Assembly: GCA_035550315.1 (NCBI GenBank)
Contig: DASZPL010000139.1
Coordinates: forward strand, 11,812 to 75,811
Direction: 5' to 3'
Source of the DNA: Mycobacteriales bacterium
Lineage (GTDB): Bacteria; Actinomycetota; Actinomycetes; JAFAQI01
Length of the DNA: 64,000 nt
A program made the position numbers and the translations under genes. Under the pieces are notes generated by a model, which saw only the letters and a list, made by a program, of their open reading frames with translations, ran no database searches and was not told the origin of the DNA. Positions within the stretch are counted from its first letter, which is position 1; each line of letters starts with the position of its first letter. Shown piece by piece: positions 37,431 through 46,117 of this stretch.

Positions 37431-38216
37431 ATGGACCTCGCGCTGTCCGGACGCCGGGCCGTCGTCACCGGCGGCACGAAGGGCATCGGCCGCGCGATCG
37501 TCGAGGAGCTGCTCGGCGAGGGCGTCGCCGTCGCGTTCTGCGCCCGGCACGACGACGAGGTGAAGACCGCGCAGACGGAGCTCGAAGCCATCGCCGAGCC
37601 GACGGTCGCCGGCTGGGTGACGGACGTGACCGACCCGGCCGCGGTCGACCGGTTCATCGCCGAGGCCGCAAGCGCGCTGGGCGGCATCGACATCCTGGTG
37701 AATAACGCCGGCGCCGCACATCCCGGAACCTTCGAGACGTTGACCGACGCCGATTGGCAAGGCGACCTGGACGTCAAGCTGTTCTCACAGATCCGCTGCA
37801 CCCGGGCCGCGCTCTCGCACCTGCGGGACAGCTCGTCACCGCGCGTCATCAACATCAACGCGGTCTACGCGAAGTACCCCGACCCGAACTTCTTCGCCAC
37901 CACGGTCAACCGCGCCGCCTGCCTGAACCTCACCAAGGCGCTGGCGCAGCAGTACGGCCCGGATCGAATTCTGGTCAACAGCGTCAATATCGGCTTCGTC
38001 GTCACACCCCAGTGGAAGAACATTCGCGCGCGCCGCGCGCCAGAATCGACCGCTGACGAGTTCTTTGGTGCACTTGCGGCGGCGGAGGTGCCGCTAGGTC
38101 GGTTCGGCACCGTCGAGGAGGTGTCCGGGCTGGTGACATTCCTTGCTAGCGACCGCGCGAGCTACATCACGGGCGCCAGCATCGACGTCGCAGGAGGCAT
38201 GGGCAAGTACGTGTAA
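37431..38216 (+). CDS. SDR-family oxidoreductase
   Basis: From ATG 37431 (MDLALSGRRAVVTGGTKGIGRA...), with NNAG. 8 nt after the cupin stop. Confidence 0.85.
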   Translation: MDLALSGRRAVVTGGTKGIGRAIVEELLGEGVAVAFCARHDDEVKTAQTELEAIAEPTVAGWVTDVTDPAAVDRFIAEAASALGGIDILVNNAGAAHPGTFETLTDADWQGDLDVKLFSQIRCTRAALSHLRDSSSPRVININAVYAKYPDPNFFATTVNRAACLNLTKALAQQYGPDRILVNSVNIGFVVTPQWKNIRARRAPESTADEFFGALAAAEVPLGRFGTVEEVSGLVTFLASDRASYITGASIDVAGGMGKYV

Positions 38217-38249
38217 CCGCATTGCGCGGCGCCGACCGGCGGCGTCGCA

Positions 38250-39776
38250 GTGTCCGGAGGGGACGGGCGAACAGCAATGACAACGTCGGCAGCAACTGTC
38301 GAACCAACCGGCGACGACACCGCTGGTACCCAGCTGGCCAAAGGGTCGTTGCGCACTCTGGATGCCGTCGCCATCAGTATCTCGGTGCTCTCGCCGGGTA
38401 TGGCGATGGCGCTCAACACCGGTGGCGTCGCCGGGACGGCCGGCGGGTCGACGCCGCTGGCAACCCTGCTCGGCGGCGTCGGGTGCCTAGCACTCGCGTT
38501 CGTCGTCATCGGCTTCACCCGCCGGATGGCAGCGGCTGGCTACGCCTACACCTACGTCAGTCGCAGCGCGGGCAAGAGCGCCGGCTTCCTGTCAGGCTGG
38601 CTCTACTTCGGCGGGTTCGCCTGCTTCGTCCCGATGACGATGGCGGGCGTCGGCTGGTTGACCTGCGACCTGCTGGACCTCGATCCGAAGTGGTGGTTCG
38701 CCTTCTTCCTCGCCGGCATGGCGCTGCTCGTCGTACTGTCCGTCGTCCGAATCAGCGTGACGACAAAGGTGCAGCTGTTGATCGGCGCCTTCACCATCCT
38801 CGTGCTGCTAGCGCTGGACCTCGTCATCACCGGCAAGGGCGGCGTGCACGGCCAGTCAGCCGGGGCGTTCACCTTCAGCCACACCGCGAGTAACGGCTTC
38901 CACGGCGTGTTCTACGGCCTGATCCTCGGCGTCACGTCGTACATCGGGTTCGAGAGCGCCGCCGACTTCGGCGAGGAGACCGCGAACCCACGGCGTGCCG
39001 TCCCGATCGCGGTGTTCGCCGCGGTGATCTTCGCGATCGTCTTGTACGTCTTCACGACGTACGCGGTCACCATCGGCTACGGCGTGCCGGAGCTCGCCAA
39101 GGACCCGTCGGCGTGGGTCTCGGGTGGAATCATCCCGGCCGCCGATCATTACGGCGATCAGCTGCTCGGCAAGCTCGTCGAGATCGGCGCGTTGCTGTCC
39201 GCGTTCGTGGTCTGTGTCGCTTGTGCCACGGCAGGTGCGCGGACGCTGTTCGCCATGGGTCGCGAGGGCGTGCTTCCCCGCTGGTTCTCACACACCCACC
39301 CGCGCTACAAGACCCCGGTCAACGGGACCCTGACGATCGCCGGGGTCGCGACGATCTTCGCCGTGATCGTCGGCTACGGCTTCGGCACGCCGACCCTGGG
39401 CGGCAACGCGTTCACCGTGTACTACTTCTTCGCCACCATCGGGACGCTCGCCGTCGTACTGGTCTACATCGCGCTGTGCCTCGGCGGTATCGCGTACTTC
39501 CAACGCACGACCGGCAGCAAGTTCAACCCGTTGACCCACGGGCTGATCCCGCTCATCGGCGCGATCATCTTCGGCGCCGCTTGGTATGGCTCGGTCTACC
39601 CGGTGCCGCCGAGCATTCTGAAGGCCACGCCGTACCTCACGGCGGGATGGCTCGTCGTCGGGATCGGCGTCCTGCTGTGGCTGCGGGCCAACCGGCCCGA
39701 CTCAGTCGCCCGAGTGGGATCGATCCTCGGCGAGGAGGGCGGCGAACTGGTGGAGGCGCTCGACAGCCCGGCGTGA
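38250..39776 (+). CDS. APC-superfamily amino acid/polyamine permease
   Basis: 508 aa with about 12 TM segments. N-terminal SVLSPGMAM and GFESAADFGEE blocks are typical of APC permeases. An in-frame ATG at 38277 is an alternative start. Confidence 0.85.
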   Translation: MSGGDGRTAMTTSAATVEPTGDDTAGTQLAKGSLRTLDAVAISISVLSPGMAMALNTGGVAGTAGGSTPLATLLGGVGCLALAFVVIGFTRRMAAAGYAYTYVSRSAGKSAGFLSGWLYFGGFACFVPMTMAGVGWLTCDLLDLDPKWWFAFFLAGMALLVVLSVVRISVTTKVQLLIGAFTILVLLALDLVITGKGGVHGQSAGAFTFSHTASNGFHGVFYGLILGVTSYIGFESAADFGEETANPRRAVPIAVFAAVIFAIVLYVFTTYAVTIGYGVPELAKDPSAWVSGGIIPAADHYGDQLLGKLVEIGALLSAFVVCVACATAGARTLFAMGREGVLPRWFSHTHPRYKTPVNGTLTIAGVATIFAVIVGYGFGTPTLGGNAFTVYYFFATIGTLAVVLVYIALCLGGIAYFQRTTGSKFNPLTHGLIPLIGAIIFGAAWYGSVYPVPPSILKATPYLTAGWLVVGIGVLLWLRANRPDSVARVGSILGEEGGELVEALDSPA

Positions 39777-39853
39777 TCGACGACCACGTCCCCGCCCGCT
39801 GCCCCCCACCCGCCACCCTGCGGACCTGGGCGCAGTGATCGACGACCACGTCC
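39773..39853 (+). repeat. 19-bp direct repeat GTGATCGACGACCACGTCC (39773-39791 and 39835-39853), duplicating the amidohydrolase start
   Basis: Read directly. Copy 1 overlaps the permease stop (GTGA) and opens a 21-codon ORF (VIDDHVPARCPPPATLRTWAQ). That ORF's TGA overlaps copy 2, which is the start of the real amidohydrolase gene. Confidence 0.85.
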
Positions 39854-40926
39854 ATCCCTTTGGGTTGGAGTTCACGCCGTTTGATCCGGCGGCGCTGACT
39901 CTGGACGTCGAGCCGGGAGAGCCGGCGGCGCAGCGTCGCCGCCGGCTCGCGCCGGGTCGGCTGCATCTGCACCTGCTGCAAGCCCGGCTGGCTCGACTGC
40001 TCGGAGTCCATGTCAACGACGCGGTCGCGGCGAGGGACGAGACGGCCCGCGGCGACTGGCCGGGCTGGGTCCGGCGCTTGTTTGACGACGCCGAGATCAC
40101 CGGTTTCGTCATGGACGAGGCGGTCGGTGGCACCCCGGGGCCGGTGACCCGTTACGTCGATGTCGCCGGCCGGCCGTTCTGGTCGCTGGCCCGGATCGAC
40201 CCGCTGGTCGACGAGCTCATCGGCTCGGGCGCCTCGGCCGCTGAGATCGTCGACGGCGTCGAGACGTTCATGCAAGCCGCTGCCGACGGCGGCTGCGTCG
40301 GGTTCAAGACCATCCTCGCGTATCGCACCGGGCTGGCGGTCGATCCCGAGGTGGACCTCGCGGCGGCACAGCGCTCGCTCGACTCGGACCTGCCGGTGCG
40401 TCGTCGCGCGAAGCCGCTCCGCGACCTCGTGCTGCGTGGCGCGTTCGCCCGGGCCGCCGACCTCAACCTTCCGTTCCAGGTGCACACCGGATTCGGTGAC
40501 TCCGAACTTCGGCTCGCCGAGGCCGATCCGTTGCTGCTGGAGGACCTGCTTCGTACGCCGGAGGGCGCGGCGGCGACCGTCGTCCTCATTCATGGCTCCT
40601 TCCCCTGGCATGCCAGCGCCGCCTACCTCGCCGCCACCAAGCCGAACGTCTGGGTCGAGCTGTCCCTGTCGAACCTGTTCGCGCCGGTCGGCGTCGCCGA
40701 CCGGCTGCTCGGCATCCTCGACTTGGCGCCGACCGGACGCGTGTTGCTCGGCAGCGACGGCCACGGCGCGCCGGAAACTCACTGGTTCGGATGCTCGGTG
40801 CTCGCCGACGCGTGGCGTGACGTCGCCGGCCGGCTACTCGATGCCGGCGCCGACGCCGGCTGGGTCACAGCCACCCGTGACGCAATCTTCGAGAACAACG
40901 CCCGCGAGGTCTATCAGCTCAACTGA
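39835..40926 (+). CDS. Amidohydrolase-family protein (GlnA3-partner / Rv1879-like type)
   Basis: 363 aa. N-terminal IDDHVHPF, GFKTILAYRTGLAVDP, LPFQVHTGFGDSE, GSDGHGAPE. Paralog of 47448..48584. Confidence 0.8.
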   Translation: MIDDHVHPFGLEFTPFDPAALTLDVEPGEPAAQRRRRLAPGRLHLHLLQARLARLLGVHVNDAVAARDETARGDWPGWVRRLFDDAEITGFVMDEAVGGTPGPVTRYVDVAGRPFWSLARIDPLVDELIGSGASAAEIVDGVETFMQAAADGGCVGFKTILAYRTGLAVDPEVDLAAAQRSLDSDLPVRRRAKPLRDLVLRGAFARAADLNLPFQVHTGFGDSELRLAEADPLLLEDLLRTPEGAAATVVLIHGSFPWHASAAYLAATKPNVWVELSLSNLFAPVGVADRLLGILDLAPTGRVLLGSDGHGAPETHWFGCSVLADAWRDVAGRLLDAGADAGWVTATRDAIFENNAREVYQLN

Positions 40927-40947
40927 CGTGGCGAGCGCCTCGACTCC

Positions 40948-42171
40948 CTACGGTCCCGCTCGCTGCCGGATGACCTGGTCGATCGTGGTGGAGCGAGGCT
41001 GGAGGCAGAGGCCGTTGAGGAATCGTCTGGGCCCGGCGAGGTAGCCGCCATCGGGAAGCTTGACGACGGTGGCATCCGTGTAGTGGATCCGGTCGTGGTG
41101 CCGCCCACAAAGCAGCACGCCGTTGTCGACCGAGGTGGTCCCGCCGGCGGCCCAGTGGACTCGGTGGTGAACGTCGGACCAGTTGGCTGGCGCGTCGCAG
41201 CCGTACCAGATGCAGTGCCGGTCACGCGCAACGATCGCCCGGACTTGCGCGGCGGTAAACGTGCGGGTCGTGCGGCCCGAGTCGAGGACCTCGCCTTGCG
41301 GCCCGAAGACGATCCGGGCGATCTCGGCATCGCACGTCACGCGCCGCGCCGTCCGAGTGCCGACCACCGCACCGGAGCCAAGCTCGGCTCCGGGCGCTCC
41401 CGGCACACCCGCCACCGTGTCAGGGCGCACGTGGATGCTGACGTGCGGTTTCACCCCGCCGGTGACCGGCAGCTCACCCGAGCGCAACGCGAGTTCTGCG
41501 ATCGTGACGAGGGCATCGGCGCGACGCTGCGCGGCGCTCCGCCGGTCCTCCGGAGTCGGTTTGGAGGCGGCGTGAATTGCGGTCATCACCGTCTCTTGAC
41601 CCAGCGGATGCAACTGCCACTCGCCGACGCCGTTGCCATCGAACGTCGTGGCCGCGTGCAACCGGCGCTGCTCGAACGCCGTCGCCTCATCGCGAGCGAA
41701 CCGCTCCGGCGCGTAGGAGTGAACGATGTGTGCGACCGCGTTGCGCAACTCGGTCGTCGAGCACTGCCGGGCATACGCGACGACGTGTGGCTCGGCGGCA
41801 GCCATCGCCTCGGGGACGATCTTCGAACGCAGTCCGGCGATCAGGTGCGCGTGCCCGATGGAGACATCGCCGTCCTCGAGCGCGCTGCGAGTCGCCGGCA
41901 GCGCGTCCGCCAGCTCCCGCGCCAGATGCACATCCCGCGCGGCGATCCCTGGGGCGACCCGGGTGGCGGCTCGCAGCCACGCCTGGGTCGAGCCGTGCGC
42001 CGACGCGACCGCACCTCTGCGGTCCAGCACTTCGAGGCGGGCGAGGCGAGCCGCCTCCAGCCGATTGACCTGCCGAGTGATCTCCGCGATGTCGTCGCAC
42101 AGCACACCATCAGGCAGCCCGCGCACGTCGACGGCCTGAAGCTCGTCGACCGCCGACCGCAAGTTGCCCAT
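40948..42171 (-). CDS. DUF222 / HNH endonuclease-domain protein (REP13E12-like)
   Basis: 407 aa. N-terminal DUF222-like helical region and C-terminal HNH motif CDAPANWSDVHHRVHWAAGGTTSVDNGVLLCGRHHDRIH. Confidence 0.85.
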   Translation of the reverse strand: MGNLRSAVDELQAVDVRGLPDGVLCDDIAEITRQVNRLEAARLARLEVLDRRGAVASAHGSTQAWLRAATRVAPGIAARDVHLARELADALPATRSALEDGDVSIGHAHLIAGLRSKIVPEAMAAAEPHVVAYARQCSTTELRNAVAHIVHSYAPERFARDEATAFEQRRLHAATTFDGNGVGEWQLHPLGQETVMTAIHAASKPTPEDRRSAAQRRADALVTIAELALRSGELPVTGGVKPHVSIHVRPDTVAGVPGAPGAELGSGAVVGTRTARRVTCDAEIARIVFGPQGEVLDSGRTTRTFTAAQVRAIVARDRHCIWYGCDAPANWSDVHHRVHWAAGGTTSVDNGVLLCGRHHDRIHYTDATVVKLPDGGYLAGPRRFLNGLCLQPRSTTIDQVIRQRAGP

Positions 42172-42284
42172 GCCGGCACGCTACGGATCCACTACGGGCG
42201 CTCCCCCGTCCGCGGTCGGGTTGTGGACGAAGGCGTCATTTGGTGATCCTGTGGATGCCAGTTCAACCGAGGAGGCATCTCGAC

Positions 42285-42668
42285 GTGCCCTTGTCGACCG
42301 ACCGCATCGACGCGATCACGCTGTTCGTCGACGACGTGACCGTCGCCAAGGAGTTCTACGGCAGGGTCTTCGACCTCGCGGTCCACTTCGAGGACGACGA
42401 GTCGGTGGTCTTCAAGCTCGGCAGCACGGTGGTCAACCTGCTCAATGCCACGGCTGCACCGGAGCTGATCGCACCGGCCGCCGTCGCGCCAAGGTCAACC
42501 GGAAGTCGGTTCCAGCTCACTGTGGCGGTCGCCGACGTCGACGCGACGTGCGAACACTTGCGTGCAAACGGCGTCGAGCTGCTCAACGGCCCGATGGACC
42601 GACCGTGGGGACCGCGAACTGCGAGTTTCCAAGATCCGGACGGCCACATCTGGGAGCTCGCCAGCTAG
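42285..42668 (+). CDS. VOC/glyoxalase-family protein
   Basis: GTG 42285 lies 9 nt after GAGGAGG. IDAITLFVDDVTVAKEFY...GVELLNGPMDRPWGPRTASFQDPDGHIWEL is typical of the glyoxalase/bleomycin-resistance fold. Confidence 0.8.
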   Translation: MPLSTDRIDAITLFVDDVTVAKEFYGRVFDLAVHFEDDESVVFKLGSTVVNLLNATAAPELIAPAAVAPRSTGSRFQLTVAVADVDATCEHLRANGVELLNGPMDRPWGPRTASFQDPDGHIWELAS

Positions 42669-42718
42669 AACCGGGGTGGCAAGCAGCCGACGCCGGCAAC
42701 TCGACCTACGGTGTCCGC

Positions 42719-43009
42719 ATGAACGCTGTCGTCAACCGGCTCCGGCTCAATACGACGATCTCCCCGGACGTCTGGCAACGCGCCGAGACCGAACTGCCGA
42801 CACTGATGAAGCAGATCGCGGGCTTCGAGACGTTTTACGCGATCGAGGTGTCACCCGACGAGGTGGTGTTGGTCATCGTGGCCGACACGGCCGAGACCCT
42901 CGACCGGATCGCCACCGAGGTTGGCAACAGCTGGATGCGCGAGCACGTCGCCCCGCATCTCGCCGAGCCACCCAGCAGGCAGATCGGGCGCATCGTCGCG
43001 TCCGGCTAG
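42719..43009 (+). CDS. Small hypothetical protein (96 aa), possibly ferredoxin-like alpha+beta barrel
   Basis: Internal ATG of ORF 42164.. (MNAVVNRLRLNTTISPDVWQRAE...FYAIEVSPDEVVLVIVADTAETL). Coding-like composition. Fold assignment is speculative. Confidence 0.5.
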   Translation: MNAVVNRLRLNTTISPDVWQRAETELPTLMKQIAGFETFYAIEVSPDEVVLVIVADTAETLDRIATEVGNSWMREHVAPHLAEPPSRQIGRIVASG

Positions 43010-43066
43010 TCGAGCTCGGCTCCGTCGCCGAAAATGCCAGCCCGATGGCGAATCGGCGATGGGAGC

Positions 43067-43702
43067 ATGTCGGTCGTGCGGCACAACCCTCATCACGCGG
43101 TCACTGACGCCAACGTCGTCCGCCAGCTGGTCCGCGAGAGCCCATGGGGGATCCTGGTCAGCCACAACGGCAGTGAGCTGGTCGCGTCGCACTACCCGAT
43201 CCTGCTCGACGACGAGACCGACGAGCTTGCCATCCTCACTCACGTCGGCCGGCCGGACGAGACGACACTGGCCTTGGGCGAGCGGGAGGTGCTGCTCATC
43301 GTCCAAGGCCGCCATCACGGTTACATCTCACCTAGTTGGTACGCCGCCGGTGAGACGCGCGCGCCGACGTGGAACTTCAGCGCCGCCCATTGTTACGGCG
43401 TGCCACAGATCCTCGACGAGGAGGCGAACCTGGCAGTGCTCGCGAAGCTCGTCGAGCACTTCGAGCGGCACGTCGAGCACCCGACGCTGCTCGACCCGGA
43501 CTGGGCCCGACCGGTGGCGCGCGGCACGGTCGGCATCCGGCTGCCGATCACGCGGTTCGTCTGCAAGGTCAAGATGAGCCAGGACAAGAGCCCGCAGACG
43601 CAGCGTCAGGTGATCGCCGCGCTACGGGCTCCCGGCGCGAATCGCAACCCCGACCTGGCCGACGAGATGACGCGCGCCCTTCATCTCGACAACACCGGTT
43701 GA
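43067..43702 (+). CDS. PaiB-family FMN-binding negative transcriptional regulator
   Basis: From ATG 43067 (a GGGAG SD lies upstream). HYPILLD, HVGRPDE, VQGRHHGYISPSWY, PTWNF, KMSQDK blocks as in PaiB. Confidence 0.8.
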   Translation: MSVVRHNPHHAVTDANVVRQLVRESPWGILVSHNGSELVASHYPILLDDETDELAILTHVGRPDETTLALGEREVLLIVQGRHHGYISPSWYAAGETRAPTWNFSAAHCYGVPQILDEEANLAVLAKLVEHFERHVEHPTLLDPDWARPVARGTVGIRLPITRFVCKVKMSQDKSPQTQRQVIAALRAPGANRNPDLADEMTRALHLDNTG

Positions 43703-43727
43703 CAACGACAACCTAAGTTGTCACAAT
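43699..43727 (+). promoter_or_regulatory. Sigma-70-type promoter TTGACA-N17-CACAAT driving a probably leaderless mRNA
   Basis: -35 TTGACA at 43699-43704, 17-nt spacer, -10-like CACAAT at 43722-43727, and the ATG of the HTH gene 6 nt later with no SD. Overlaps the inverted repeat TGACAAC-N10-GTTGTCA. Confidence 0.5.
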
Positions 43728-43733
43728 GCCCGC

Positions 43734-43955
43734 ATGACACCGCGACCGGTCGCGGCCAAAGACCGCGCGAAGTTCCGACGCCTCAACGAGATTCGTGCCG
43801 CGGCGCTGGAACACATGCGCGCCGCCTACGAGCTGTCGGCGAAACGCAAGGTGCTCATCGGCGAGCTGCTCGATGCCGGCTACTCGCAGTCGGACATCGC
43901 CCGCGAGATGGGTGTCACCCGCCAAGCCGTGCAGAAGATGCTCGCCGCGGGCTAG
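43734..43955 (+). CDS. Small helix-turn-helix protein (73 aa)
   Basis: C-terminal YSQSDIAREMGVTRQAVQKML resembles sigma-70 region 4 or a resolvase-type HTH. Confidence 0.65.
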   Translation: MTPRPVAAKDRAKFRRLNEIRAAALEHMRAAYELSAKRKVLIGELLDAGYSQSDIAREMGVTRQAVQKMLAAG

Positions 43956-43962
43956 TCGTACT

Positions 43963-44991
43963 TCAGATCGTGCCGCCGAGCACGTCGCTGCCGCGCGGCA
44001 TCGCCGGCCGCGAGCGGTCGACCAGCACGGGTGCCCCGGGTGCCGCACCGATCGCGCCGGGCAACGGGTCGAGCTCCGGGTCCAGCGCATGCCGGACCAG
44101 GCTGGCGAGCGCGTCGGGCCGGTCGTTCTGCAAGTAGTGGTTGGCGTCCGGCACGAGGTAGAGCTGGTTCGACCCGGGCTTGAGCATCAGGAAGTTGTGC
44201 CAGGCGTGCGTCGCGACCCGCATCGGCGAGACCGGGTCGTTCATGCCCCAGATGACCGTCGTCGGGACGTCGGTCGCTGCGAGCGCCTCGAGCCACTCGC
44301 TCTCGTGCTCGGCGCGCTCGACCAGGTACTGGATGGTCTCGTGCAACACCTTGACGCCGTCGTTGTGAGCGAACGTCGCCTCGAGGGCGTCCACCTCGGG
44401 GTCGCCGGCGGCCCGCGGCGGTGAGAACGTCAGCTGCCCCATCCCCTGGGCGAGCAGCGCCGGCGTGATGACCTCCAGCACGTTCGGCGCCGTCCCCGGA
44501 TCGAGCACCAGCCGTTGGAAGTCGGTGAGGTTCGACAGCGGCAGGTAGATGTTGCCGTTGGTCAGCATCAGGTGCTCGACCCGGGTCGCCGTCCGGCCGG
44601 CGTCGGCGTTGATCGTGTGCAGCAGCGACACGCTGGTCCCGCGGTCGTGAGCGATGACGACGGCCGACTCGACACCCACCACGTGCGCGACGTAGTGGTC
44701 GAGCAGCTCGGCGTCGCGCGGCAGGCTGTAGCCCCAGCCGACCGGCTTGTCGGAGAACCCGTAGCCGGGGAAGTCGAGCGCGCAGACGTAGAACTGGTCA
44801 CTGAGCCGGTCCACCAGGTCCAGCCAGTCGATGCTGCAGGTCGGGAAGCCGTGCACCAGCACGACCGCCCGGTCGCTCGGATCGCCGGACTCGACATGGA
44901 AGATGTCGACCGGCGCGCCCCCGTCTTGGGGCTGCCAGGAGAACGACGAGCCACGCTGCCGCCAGACCTCGGCCCGCGAGGGTTCAGCCAT
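43963..44991 (-). CDS. Alpha/beta hydrolase with Asp nucleophile (epoxide hydrolase/haloalkane dehalogenase-like)
   Basis: From ATG 44991 (MAEPSRAEVW...). Oxyanion motif VLVHGFP and nucleophile elbow VIAHDRGTS. 8-nt overlap with the upstream enolase gene. Confidence 0.8.
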   Translation of the reverse strand: MAEPSRAEVWRQRGSSFSWQPQDGGAPVDIFHVESGDPSDRAVVLVHGFPTCSIDWLDLVDRLSDQFYVCALDFPGYGFSDKPVGWGYSLPRDAELLDHYVAHVVGVESAVVIAHDRGTSVSLLHTINADAGRTATRVEHLMLTNGNIYLPLSNLTDFQRLVLDPGTAPNVLEVITPALLAQGMGQLTFSPPRAAGDPEVDALEATFAHNDGVKVLHETIQYLVERAEHESEWLEALAATDVPTTVIWGMNDPVSPMRVATHAWHNFLMLKPGSNQLYLVPDANHYLQNDRPDALASLVRHALDPELDPLPGAIGAAPGAPVLVDRSRPAMPRGSDVLGGTI

Positions 44992-46117
44992 CAAGCACCA
45001 CCTCGCGGCGTATTGTCTGCTGCTCGACCCGGTCGGCTCGCACCGGGAACCCAAGACCGGGTTCGCTCGGCACCGCGATGGTGCCGTCGCCGGCGACCTG
45101 GTACGTCGGGTCGACCAGGTCCCACTCGAACAGCACGGCCGCCGGCGACATGTCCGCCGGCTCGGTGAACGCCGGCAGCGAGCAGAGTGCCAGGTTGCCT
45201 GCCCGGCCGATGCCGGACTCCATCATTCCGCCGCACCACAGCGGCACTCCGCGCGCCTGGCACAGCGCGGCGATCTCGAGTGACGCCGTGATCCCTCCGA
45301 CCCGCGCCGGCTTCAGGTTGACGTTGCGGCAGGCGTCGAGGTCGAGCGCCCGCCGGACATCGGCGGGCGAGCGCAGCGACTCGTCCAGGCAGATCGGCGT
45401 CCGTAACCGGCGCTGCAGCTCGGCATGCTCGATCAGCGAGTCCCACTCGAGCGGCTGCTCGATGCACGCCAGGCCGAAGTCGTCGAGCTTCCCCAACGTG
45501 TCGGCATCGTCGAGGGTGTACGCCGAGTTCGCATCGACCTGCAGCATCACGCGGTCACCGACCAGGTCGCGCACCGCCGCCACGACATCGACGTCCCACC
45601 CCGGCTGGACCTTCAGCTTGATCCGTTGGTAGCCCTCGTCGAGCCGGAGCCGCACCTCGTCGAGCGTCTCGCCGATGTCGGCCGCGATACCGAGGCTCTC
45701 CCCGACCGCGACCGCATCCGCCACTCCCCCGACCAGCGAGCGCAGCGAGACCCCTTCGACCGCCGCCCGCAACGACCAGTACGCCGCCTCCACCGCCGCT
45801 CGGGCGAACGTGTTGCCGCGGATCCGGTTCAACGCCGCGACGACGGCCGACGGTGCCACCGTCCCGGCAGCCAGCGCGAGCGGCATCGCGAACTCGGTGG
45901 CGACCGCGAAGGTCGAGGCCACCGTGTCCGGCAGGTAGTACGGGTGATCGAGCGCCGGCCCTTCGCCCCAGCCTTCGTTGCCGGCGGCGTCACGAACCCG
46001 CACCAGGACCGTGCGCCGCGAGTCGGTCACGCCGAATCCGGTGACGAATGGCCGCAGCAGCGGCAGCGCGACCTCGCGGACTTCGGCGAAGACGATCGGC
46101 GCCCGATCCTCGGTCAC
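44984..46117 (-). CDS. Enolase-superfamily o-succinylbenzoate synthase / N-acylamino acid racemase-like enzyme
   Basis: From GTG 46117 (GTGA overlap with the CMD stop). KxK motif RIKLKV, metal ligands in VDANSAYT / IEQPL / LDESL, second catalytic Lys in NLKPARVGG. Confidence 0.85.
   Translation of the reverse strand: MTEDRAPIVFAEVREVALPLLRPFVTGFGVTDSRRTVLVRVRDAAGNEGWGEGPALDHPYYLPDTVASTFAVATEFAMPLALAAGTVAPSAVVAALNRIRGNTFARAAVEAAYWSLRAAVEGVSLRSLVGGVADAVAVGESLGIAADIGETLDEVRLRLDEGYQRIKLKVQPGWDVDVVAAVRDLVGDRVMLQVDANSAYTLDDADTLGKLDDFGLACIEQPLEWDSLIEHAELQRRLRTPICLDESLRSPADVRRALDLDACRNVNLKPARVGGITASLEIAALCQARGVPLWCGGMMESGIGRAGNLALCSLPAFTEPADMSPAAVLFEWDLVDPTYQVAGDGTIAVPSEPGLGFPVRADRVEQQTIRREVVLDG

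Noticed and set aside
40927-42200. CTACGG-containing strings on both sides of the HNH/DUF222 gene as possible target-site duplications or terminal repeats
   Set aside because: The matches are only about 6 nt and imperfect beyond that, which is expected by chance. No inverted terminal repeats or integrase are present.
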